The translations under genes were made by a program, and so were the position numbers. DNA of 64,000 nt from Hydrolagus colliei. Lineage: Eukaryota. The DNA lies in the NCBI GenBank assembly GCA_035084275.1, contig CM068757.1, forward strand, positions 15,872,001-15,936,000. Reading direction: 5' to 3'. The notes beneath the pieces were generated by a model. That model was not told the origin of the DNA. It saw only the letters and a list, made by a program, of their open reading frames with translations, and ran no database searches. How positions within the stretch are numbered: the stretch's first letter is position 1; each line of letters starts with the position of its first letter. Below, piece by piece: positions 43,201 through 55,200 of this stretch.

Positions 43201-46200
43201 TGTGAGCATTAGACAAATGAAATGTCCTTTCCCTTATGTCCAGCTGGAATCACACAGCACTTTTTCATACGTACTTTAGTTATTGGGTTTCTTTCTTCTT
43301 GTTAGTGCTGATGGAGGGAAACAGCCAATATTAACCTTGCAGCAGATACCAGCTTCTGCCCATTACCTGGTGATCGCAGGGCCAGAAACATTTCCAAATC
43401 TTGTTGAGGGCGTAACCACAGGAATTGTGTCGCGAGATATTGAAAGGAGACTCTCAGCATGATGTTGTAACTTGACTCATTCATTCACATTTTTCCACTC
43501 AATTGTAAACCCTTCGATCTACTGCAAATATTGTTATGGACAGAGCAATAAGAAAGGTGGCACTAGCACAGCTAGTGCTACCGGGATGTAGAAAGATATC
43601 AAACAGATGATTGAATTGAACTTCAAGCGGTTTTCTTTTGAAATTTGATGAGTGATTTAGAAGAACTGCACATTATTCTTGTGCACCAGATCATTTTTGC
43701 TAAGCAATCTCTCGTTTCCAATGTTGTCAGCAGCATTCACCTCACAGGCATCGACAACCTTCTCTACAACCACGGGTATTTGTGTTATTGTCATTCTTGG
43801 TGCTTTCATTCAATACAGCGTCATCGTAAAAATAGCCACAATGATAAATTAACCTCTATTGCTACTAATATTTGATGCAATATATTTCTCGTCAGACATG
43901 ATAAATACCACTTTTTATTTTGCAGCACCAACAACTGCAACATCAACAATACCCACAACAACAACAGGTAAACAAGGAACAACTTCCCACTCTCCATTCC
44001 AGAACAAACATCTACTTGATTGTCTTCACTTTTCTCTATTAAAGTCACAATCGCGCTCTTCATTGTTATCTCTTTTCCTATTGTTTCTATTTGATGCGCA
44101 CGCATGTCTTCATTCAACAACCACCACTGAAACTGGTGAGGAACAGCACATTTCCACAGACACAACTGTTACATATCACATAGAGAAATCAGGCTACAAG
44201 AATCCTGCCACTTGCTTTGGCCACAACAGCAGCCACTCTCCCAGTATCATTGCCAAACACTAGCTCAAACTTCAGCTTCAAGAGACTGAAAAAGGAGAAT
44301 CATCTGAAGCATTCAGTCAGATTGCTCCACATTTATTCCTTCAAATTGTCACTTTAGAGAAACATCACAAAACACTCTGACACAATGCTCAGCAACATCC
44401 TTCACTCCAATAACAGTTGTAGCCACATTAACTGCCTTTGATTCAACTACTCGAATTACCCGTCCAGAGCATTACTTTGTCCAGAGCAGTCTCCAATGCC
44501 CATTTTGCCATTGATACTATGTTGAATGGAAACACTTGAGGCTTCCTTCTGGAGGTTCCTAGACCAATCTTTCTCAAGAAACAGCGCAGCTGCTAATGAC
44601 CAACACACCTGCATTGGCACATTGCCTCTATCGTGTATCAACAGCAGCAGTAAACCACACGACCAGCCACTCCATTTTGTTTCCCTGCTGTGACATTAAT
44701 TGTGCCCATTCATGCTGCCAACTCCATTGAAAGACAAAAACTGGCTGAAAGAATCACATTCATTTCTGTGCTTTCCAATCTTTCCAACTTTCTATTCCGA
44801 CAGAAACATCAACAGCCACGACTTTGATATCAGGTATAAACGAGCAGAAGCTTCTCTCTTCCCATTTACGGTACAATGTCCTCTTTGTCCACCTGTGATT
44901 CAAACTTCCATTAACTATTTGCCATCCTGTAAGAACACAGCCTCAATGAGCATTAGACAAACGATATGTCCTTTCCACTATGTCCTGCAAGAATCACATA
45001 GACCATTTTTTCACGTGTAATTTAAATATTGGATTTCTTTCTTCTTGTTAGTGCTGCTGGAGGGAAACAGCCAATTTTATCCCTGCAGCAGATACCAGCT
45101 TCTACCCATTACCTGGTGACCGCTGGGCAAGAAACATTTCCAAATCTTGTTGAGGGCACAACCACAGGAATTGAGTCACTAGATATTGAAAGGAGACTCT
45201 TAGCATGATGCTGTAACTTGCCTCATTCATTCACGTTTTTCCACTCAATTGTAAACCCTTCAATGTACTGCAGACATTGTCATGCACAGACCAATGAGAA
45301 GGTTGTGTGTTCACACAGCTAGTGCTACCAGCATGTAGAAAGATATTAAACAGATGATTGTGTTCAACTTGAAGCATTTTTTTTTCAAATTTGATGAGTG
45401 ATTTAGGAGAACTGCACATTATACTTGTGCATCAGATCACTTTTGCTAAGCAGCGTCTCTTTTCCAATGCTGTCAGCAGCATTCACCACAGAGCCATCGA
45501 CAACTTTCTCAACAACCACAGTTATTTGTGTTACTGTCAGTGCCTTTGTCAACCTTCACTTCAATACAATGTCCTCGTAAGAATAGCCACTATGATAACT
45601 TAACCTCTATTTCTACTGAAAGTTGATGCAATATGTTTCTCATCATTACATTCTAGCACCAACAACAACTACTACAACAGCAGCCCCCACTACAATAACA
45701 GGTAAACAAAGAACAAATTCCAACTCTCCATTCCAGAACAAACATCTTATTAACTATAAACTTCCATTGTATATTTGCCATCCTGTAAGAATGCAGCCTC
45801 TATGATCATTACACAAACGATGTGTCCTGTCCCTTATGTCCTACTGGATTCACATGGACCACATTTTTAAATGTACGTTAGATATTGGGTTTCTTTCTTC
45901 TTGTTATTGGTGATGGAGGGAAACAGCTGATATTAATCCTGCAGCAGTCACCAGCTTCTACCCATTTTATGGTTAGTGCCCGGCAGACATCACTTCCAAA
46001 TCTTGTTGAATGTATAACCACAGGAATTGTGCCACTAACTATTCAAAGGAGCCTCTTCGTGCGATGTTCCGACTTGCTTCATTCATTCACTCATGTTTTT
46101 CGACTCAATTGTACATCCTTCTATTTACTGCAGGCAGTGTCCGGAACACAGCACCAAGTAAGTGTTGTCTTCACACACCTTGTGCTACGGGGATCTAGGA

Positions 46201-49200
46201 AGGTATTAAACAGATGATTAATTTGATCTTGAGGGGTTTATCTTTTGAAACTCGATGAATGATTTAGCAGACTTGAACATCAGACATGTGCACAAGATCA
46301 CATTTGCTAAGCAATGCCTCTTATCTAATATTGTCAGCAGCATTCCCCACAGAGTCTTCGACAACATTCTCTACAACAACAGGTATTTGTGAAATTGTCA
46401 GTCTTGGTGTCTTCATCAATCTTTACTTTGATACAAAACAGCAACTATCATATGCTAACCTCGAATTCTGTTGAAGGTTGATGCAATATATTTATCCTCA
46501 ACCTCTTACTTTCTAGCACCAACAACTAAAACATCAACAACCCCCTCTACGACAGCAGCTAAACAAAGAACAACTTCCAACTCTACATTTCCTGAGCAAA
46601 CATCTACTTGATTGTCTTCACATTTCTCTATTACAGTCACAATCGCCCTCCTTTAACTCATTGTTATCTCATTCTCTACGATTTTCACAGGATGCGCACG
46701 CATGTCTTCATCAACAACCACCACTGAAACTGGTGAGGAACAGCACATTTCTACAGACGCAACTGTTACATATCACATAGAGAAATCAGGCTACAAGAAT
46801 CCTGCCATTGGCTTTGCCCAGAACAGCAGCCACTCTCCCAGTATCAATGCCAAACACTAGCTCAAACTTCAGCTTCAAGCAACTGAAAGAGGAGAATCAT
46901 CTGAAGCATTCAGTCCGATTGCTCCACATTGATTCCTTCAAATTCTCACTTTAGAGAAACATCAGAAAACACTCTGACACAATGCTCAGCAACACTGTTC
47001 ACTCCAACAACAGTTGTAGCCACATTAACTGCCTTTCACTCAACTACTTGAATTACCCATGCACACTTTGTCCAGAGCAGTCTCCAATGCCCATTTTTCC
47101 ATTGATACTATGTTGAATGGAAACACTTGAAGCTTGCTTCTGGAGATTCCTGGAAGAATCCTTTTCAAGAAGCAGCACAGCTGCTAATGAACAACACACC
47201 TGGCACTGCCACATTGCCTCTATTGTGTATCAATAGCAGCAGTAAACCACATCACCAGCCACTCCATTTTGTTTCACTGCTGTGACATTAATTGTGCCCA
47301 TTCATGCTGCTAACTCCATTGAAAGATAAACACTGGCTGAAAGAATCACATTCCTTTCTGTGCTTTCCAATCTTTCCAACTTTCTATTCCAACAGAAACA
47401 TCAACAGCCACGACTTCGACATCAGGTACACAAAGAGCAGAAGCTTCTCTCCTCCCATTTGTGGTGCAAACTTCCATTATCTATTTGCCATCCTGTAAGA
47501 ATGTAGCCCCTATGAGCATTAGACTAATGATATGACCTTTCCCTTATGTCCTGTTGGAATCACATGGACCACTTTTTTAGATATTGGGTTTCTTTCTTCT
47601 TGTTAGTGCTGATGGAGTTAAACAGCCAATTTTAACCCTGTGGTAGATACCAGCTTCTACCCGTTACCTGATAACCACTGTGCCATAAACATTTCCAAAT
47701 CTTGTTGCGGGCATAACCACAGGAATTGTGCCAATAGACATTGAAAGGAGACTCTTAGCATGATGCTGTAACTTGCCTCATTCATTTACGTTTTTCCACT
47801 CAATTGTAAAACCTTCGATGTACTGCAGACATTGTCATGGAAACACCAATAAGAAAGTTGTGTATTCACACAGCTAGCACTACCAGGATGTAGAACGATA
47901 TCAAACAGATAATTCAATTGAACTTGAAGGGGTTTTCTTTTGAAATTTGATGAGTGATTTAGGAGAACTGCACATTATTCTTGTGCACCAGATCACTTTT
48001 GCTAAGCAATGTCTCTTTTCCAATGTTGTCAGCAGAATTCACCACAGAGCCATCGACAACCTTCTCTACAACCACAGGTATTTGTGTTATTGTCAGTCCT
48101 GGTGCCTTCGTCAACCTTCAATTCAAAACAGTGTCCTCGTAAATATAGCCACTATGATATCTTAACCACTATTGCTACTGAAAGTTGATGCAATATATTA
48201 AACAGATGATTGAATTGAACTGTGTGATATCTCTGGGACTACAATTATCACACATGTTCACGCTGCAATGTTCTGGGAAACGACTGCACACATCATGTGA
48301 TTTATTTACATTTATTTCCACGGTCACTAGATGGCGCTATCACGGCTCCTCCCTCCTTAATGAAGAAATTATGAAAAAGTTACAATTACTGACATTCAAA
48401 ACACGATGCTATGTACAATTGTTTTTCTACATATGTACAATTTATAAATACATACGTACAATTTATGTATATTATCATGTTCAAACTGTGACACATCCAA
48501 TGAAAATTCAAACTTGACTTCTGGTTTCCTACTTTCCCTGTCCAAAAGTTTTAGGACTCATGGTAGCACTCGGACTTTTAGAACTCATGGTAACACTCGG
48601 ACTTGCCATGTGTCCAGTCTGGTATTCATCTTGACTTTCACTCCTAGTCTCCAGTTACTCAGTCAGGCTCTTGACTATCACCTGGAACTAAACCCTCACC
48701 TTCATTCACACTTGAATTCTGGTTTTCTGTTAAGTCCTCTGTTACCATTACTGACTTGTTCATTGGTCTAAAACTATTTGGTTCATTAGATTTATCCATT
48801 TCTCTCCACTCTTCCGGTACTTGTGTAGGTAAGATGTGATCAATATGGACAAATCTGAGTTTGCCACTTTCAAACATCCTGACCAAATAGGTGCGCGGTC
48901 CACATACTTTCACTAATCTTCCTGGTACCCACTTTACCCATTTGTGATGATGGTTCTTCACTTTAACTTTTTTATTTATCTCCATCTTTCTGTCTTTCAC
49001 CCTTACTCCAGCATGGTTCTCTCTCTGCCTCTCCTGTTTTCCATCTACCATTTGTGCTAAATTGGGATACAACAATGAAAATCTTGTTCTCGGGTGTCTT
49101 TTTAGGAACACGTCAGCCGGTGTTCTGCCTGTAGTGGTGTGAAGTGTCTTACGATACGTTATCAGAAAGTTGGCTGGTTTGTGAGGCAATGATAATTGAC

Positions 49201-52200
49201 TTTGGGGTTGCATCTCGCATTTGCTAACCTAGCGTGCGTTTGACAATTTGCACATGGCGCTCCGAAGCACCATTCAAAGCTGGATGGTATGCAGTGTGCT
49301 TCACACCATTCTTTTCCATGCATTGCGCGAACTCTTCTGAACAGAACTGTGGTCCATTGTCAGACACGATTTCCTCTGGAAATCCATATGAAGCAAACGA
49401 CCCTCTAACAATATCCAGTTTTGCTAGATATTGTTGTGTTCATCGGAAACACCTCAACCCACTTGGAATGACAATGTATCACAATGAACAACTACTATCC
49501 ATCTAGATCAGCAAAATCTATCTGTAACCTTTGCCACACTCTGGCTGGCCATTTCCAGGACCGTAGTGGTACTGTTAGTGGACTCCTTCCAACCGACTCA
49601 CATACACTACACTGTTTTACTGTGTTTTCAATGTATTTATCCAACCCTGGCCACCATAAGTAGTTCTAGCTAGACTCTTGGTCAGACACATCCCTCGGTG
49701 TTGATCATGAAGATCACCGAAAAACTGTTCTCTGTACCTTTCAGGGATAACAACTCTAGCTCCCCACATGACACATCCTTGGTCATTTGACAATTCATGT
49801 CTCCTAACAAAGTATGGCCTAATTTCTTCTTCTGTCTCAGTTATATGACTAGGCCACCCACTCACAATATAGTCATGCACCTTGGATAAAACCCTGTCCC
49901 TACGAGTTGTCTTGCTGATGTCACTTGATGTGACTGGCAGCTCCTCAATATGGGAAAAATAGAACACATCTTCCCTGTTGGATTTCATTTCTGATGCTAA
50001 GGGTAACTTCGACATTGCATCGGCATTACCATGGTCTGCTGACCTACGATATTGTAAGTCATACTGGTATGCTGACAAGATCAATGAACATCTTTGCATT
50101 CTGGCTGCTGCTAGAGTAGGTACCTGTGATTTTGGATTTAGGATTGCTGTCAAAGGTTTATGGTCTGTTTCAATGATGAATTTGCGACCATACAGTATTT
50201 GTGGAATCTCCTAGCTCCAAAAATCAAGGCCAAAGCTTCTCTCTCTATTTGGGCGTAGTTTTTCTCACGACTACTCAGGGTTCTAGAAGCGAACGCCCCT
50301 GTTTCGAATGCATCAGAGATAACTGCACCAACCCCGTATGGGGGGGCGTCACATGCTAGGCTTGATGGTCTTTGTGACATCATAGTGTACCAGCATTGTA
50401 CCATCTATTAGATGTTTTTTACACGACTTGAAAGCCTGGTCACATTCACGTGTCCATTTACATGGCACATCTTTCTTCAAAAGCTCATCCGAGGGGTGTA
50501 TAAAGGTTGACAAATTTGGAATGAATTTTCCATAATAATTCAACAATCCCAAGAATGATCGTAGCTCAGATGTGTTTCTGGGAATGGGCGCGTTCCTGAT
50601 CGCATTGACCTTACTCTGAGTTGGGTGCAACCCATCTTTGTCTACCTTGAGCCCTAGGTACTCTAAAGACTCTTTAAACATCTCACATTTGTGAGCCTTG
50701 ACGCATACTTGGAGTTTCTCTAACCTTTGTTACACCATGTGTAGCCTTTCGTCATCAACCTGCCTATTTGGCGCAGAGATGACTATGTCATCAAGTTAGC
50801 ATATTACCCCATCGATTCCCTCTAGAATCTGAGTCATGAACCCTTGGAAAATTCCTGGGCTTGACGCAACGCCAAATGGTAGCCTATTGTATTGATACAG
50901 GCCCATATGAGTGTTGATAGTCAAGTACGCCTTTGACTTCTCATCTAGCTCTAACTGTTAATAGACTTTTGACAAGTCCATTTTAGAACATACTTTACCA
51001 CCTACCAATGTGTTGAACAAATCTTCTACGTTTGGTAACGTGTCAGGTGGACTACACTCCAGAACTCGATTCACTGTTACCTTGTAGTCCCCACAGATTC
51101 TGATACTACCGTCAGATTTTGGAACTACAACAATGGAAGTAGTCCAATTACTTTGTTGTACTTTACTGATAATGTTCTCCTTTTCCAGTCTTTTCAGTTC
51201 TTTTTCTACTTTTTCTCTCATTGCGTATGGCACTGGGCGTGGCTTATAGTGCCTTGTACGTGGGCCTTGCTTCACCTTGCACTCCTAAACTTGCTTTGTA
51301 TCCGCTGATGGGTGCACCGGATTCACTGAACACCGTTGAATGCTTTTTTTCCCTCTCTTCCTGTGTTGTGAACGAGATTTGCACAGGGAAAATTTCTTGC
51401 CAATCTAATTTCAGCGAGTTCATCCAATTTCTACCAAGTAATGCTGGTTTTTCTCACTTCACCACAAGAATTGGCAAATCTGCACATTGATCCTTGTATT
51501 TAACTGGAACACACACTCTACCCAAAACTGGGATGATCTCTCCTCCATAGTTGCGCAGCTCGACCCTTGCTGTTTGTAGCTTATTTTTGCTCAACTTTTC
51601 TCGGTGCAGTTTTTCAGACACCACACTGACTGCTGCTCCAGTATCAACTTCCATGATTACTGGGACTCCATCCAATGTTACTTGGACCTTGATGCTATGC
51701 AATTTGCTACTGGATGCTTTTGTGTTGTAGATCATGTTGATCTCCACTGGCTCCTCAGAGTCCTCACTCTCCTGGTGTCGCTCAACCGTATGCAGAAACT
51801 GACGTCTTTTCTTGACCGCATTCGTCCGCTTCGACTTGAAACAAGCCTTTGCAAGATGCCCAGTCTTATGGCACGAATATCACTCCACTTTCGTCAAAAG
51901 GCAAGATTGTGCTGGATGAGAACCCAGACATCGATAGCATGACTTTGAACTCGTCCCGCTACTCTTCCCTCGTGGTCGATTCACAAGTGCTTTGAATTTC
52001 ACTTTGCACACCTGCAGCTTGTTGATCTCCCCCACTGTTAGGCAATAGCTTGCTGGAACTTCTTTTGAATCTCTCTCAGCCATGTCCATAGATAAGGCAG
52101 TTTTGCATGCTAACTCAAATGTTAGCTGTGACATTGTCATTAATTTGCTTTGGATACGGTCGCTCTTCAATCTGCACACAAACCTATCTCGTAATGCAAG

Positions 52201-55200
52201 GTCCTGGAAATCTCCAAAATTGCAGTGTATCGACAGCTTTTTCAACCCTACGAAAAAACTGCCAAAGTTTTCCTCTGGTAATTGACATCTGGTACCAAAT
52301 CGGTAACTCTCTGCAATCTCTAATGGCTTTGGGTCATCGTGTTCTGTAAGCTTTTCAAGGATGTCCTTCAATGGGGTGTCCTTAGGCCTAGTTGCGGTTA
52401 ACAAATTCTTCACTGTTTCATACAGATCGGGACCCACTTCTGTCAGAAAGATTGCTCTCATTCTTTCTTGCACTGCTGTATTTACACTTCCAGAATTATC
52501 TTCAGCAGCTTCAATTTCAACAATATTATTGGCAGCAAAGAACATCTCCAAACGCTCAATCTAAGCACTAAACATTTCCCGGCTTTGTTGAAACTCACCC
52601 AATTGTCCGATGTATCCGATGGGAGTCTTCATTTGGGGATTTTTTTTATCAGTACCACCACACGTGAACACAAACCTTACTGGATTTGTAGCTCTCAATC
52701 AAAATGAAAGTATTCACAGACCTCAAGGCACTTTGTAGAGACCTTCTCCTACAAACAGACATAGCTAGGGAATCCACTATCCCATCCTCATCGCCAATTT
52801 GTGATATATCTGGGACTACAAGTATCAGAAACGTTCAGGCTGCAATGTTATGGAAAACAACTGCACATATCATGTGGTTTATTTACATTTCTATACACTG
52901 GTCAGCAGATGGCACTCTCACAAACCTGAAGTTTATTTTGAAATTTGATGATGCTTTAGGAGAACTGCACATTATACTTGTGCACCAGATCATTTTTGCT
53001 AAGCAATCTCTCTTTTCCAATGTTGTCAACAGCATTCACCACAGAGCCATCGACAACCTTCTCTACAACCACAGGTAGTTGTGTTATTATCAGTCCTGGA
53101 AACTTTGGCAAACTTCACTTCAATACAGAGTCCTCGTAAAAATAGCCACTATGATAACTTATCCTCTATTTCTACTGAAATTTGATGCAATATATTTCTC
53201 ATCATTGCATTCTAACACCAACAACTGCAACAGCAGCAGCCCCCACTACAATAACAGGTAAACAAAGAACAAATTCCAACTCTCCATTCCAGAACAAACA
53301 TCTTATTAACTATAAACTTCCATTGTATATTTGCCATCCTGTAAGAATGCAGCCTCTATGATCATTACACAAACGATGTGTCCTGTCCCTCATGTCCTAC
53401 TGGATTCACATGGACCACATTTTTAAATGTACGTTAGATATTGGGTTTCTTTCTTCTTGTTATTGGTGATGGAGGGAAACAGCTGATATTAATCCTGCAG
53501 CAGTCACCAGCTTCTACCCATTTTATGGTTAGTGCCCGGCAGACATCACTTCCAAATCTTGTTGAATGTATAACCACAGGAATTGTGCCACTAACTATTC
53601 AAAGGAGCCTCTTAGTGCTATGTTGCGACTTGCTTCATTCATTCACTCACGTTTTTCGACTCAATTGTACATCCTTCTATTTACTGCAGGCGATGTCCAG
53701 GACTCACCACCAAGTAAGTGTTGTCTTCACACACCTTGTGCTACGGGGATGTAGGAAGATATTAAACAGATGATTAATTTGATCTTGAGGGGTTTATCAT
53801 TTGAAACTCGATGAATGATTTAGCAGACTTGAACATCAGACATGTGCACAAGATCACATTTGCTAAGCAATGCCTCTTATCTAATATTGTCAGCAGCATT
53901 CCCCACAGAGTCTTCGACAACATTCTCTACAACAACAGGTATTTGTGAAATTGTCAGTCTTGGTGCCTTCATCAATCTTTACTTTGATACAAAACAGCAA
54001 CCATCATATGCTAACCTCGAATTCTGTTGAAGGTTGATGCAATATATTTCTCCTCAACTTCTTACTTTCTAGCACCAACAACTACAACATCAACAATCCC
54101 CAGTACACCAGGTAAGCAAAGAACTTCCAACTCTGCATTTGACCCGCTTTGTACAATTTAACATCGATCGTCTTTCCTCCACCACACCCAATCAATGATC
54201 CGCTCTACCTTCCCTCACCTCCACAATATTGCCTGACTCCACCATTACCTCATCCCTGATACCGCTGAAACTCTCATTCATGTGTTGCTGACATCCAGGC
54301 TCACTATGCCGACGTCTTGCTTGTCGACCTTCCTAATTCATCCATCCATAGTTTGCAGATAATCCAGAACTCTGCAGTTTTCAGAGTGTCCTCTCCAATC
54401 TAAGCTTTGTGATCCCATCTCCCTCATCTTCACCTGACTCTGTTTACTCCCCATCATCTAGAGAATCCAATTGAATATCCTGCTCTTCACATTCAATTCC
54501 CTCCATGGCCTCGGCCCACCCTATATTTGCAACCTTATCTGCCTGCCCCCTCCGCTCAGGAGGCTCCGGCCTGTTCCACATTCCCCAACTCACTCTGCCA
54601 TTGGCGGGCGAGCCTTCTGACACTCTGCTCCCAACCTCTGTAACTCCAACCCGCATTTCCTCCACCTTGCCCCTTCCCTGGCTTCCTTCAAATCCCGCCT
54701 CAAGACTCTCCTCTTTGACTGCCCCATCAATCACCCCTAAATCCCCCACTTCCACTCCACCCTCCCTGATCCTGACCCCATCTTATGTCTGAAACAATGA
54801 CTGGCCAGCACCTTGGACATCCTCCTAACGTGAAAGGCGATTTATAAGTCTATATTATTATTGTTGTAATCGGAATATTTCAATCGGGGAATGAATCGGG
54901 GCCCGGGTTTTGTGACCTATGTGCCCAGCCCTCAATGATAACTAATGTCCAGTTAATGCAGCTTCCTCTCTGGTTCAATGTGATCGAATGCTATAGAAAA
55001 TGACTTCATGTTATTATTAATGTGTTTTCCCTTTCCAGTGCCCTGTGCAATGGGTGCACACAACACGACATTGACCTTCCAGGGTTGTGCAGTGAACGTC
55101 ACAGTCAGTCATTGTGAAGGATATTGCTATTCATACAATGAGTAAGAGAGCCATTGGTGGGGACATTACAAATTTTGCAAAACTATTTGCCAAACATTGC

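Larger units (their letters stand above)
52923..54140 (+). repeat. Terminal segment of the exon-intron array
   Basis: One short unit plus the start of a long unit; homology to the repeat ends just after the 39-nt exon. Confidence 0.9.

Noticed and set aside
4062-48222. CRISPR-like or prokaryotic repeat system
   Set aside because: Units are 0.86-1.7 kb with no unique spacers or cas genes; the context is vertebrate.
1-52922. Three independent, site-specific or active Gypsy insertions, or a domesticated gag
   Set aside because: Shared flanks, shared frameshifts and stops, and LTR pairs more diverged than the copies indicate duplication of one dead element.
4062-54140. Recurrent 60-134 aa ORFs (MTLIVPIH, MCPFMLP, MMSDLGEL, MGFFLLV etc.) as a tandem gene family
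   Set aside because: They are intron read-through frames, often with non-ATG starts and variable stops between units. Only the embedded splice-bounded Thr/Ser segments are consistent.
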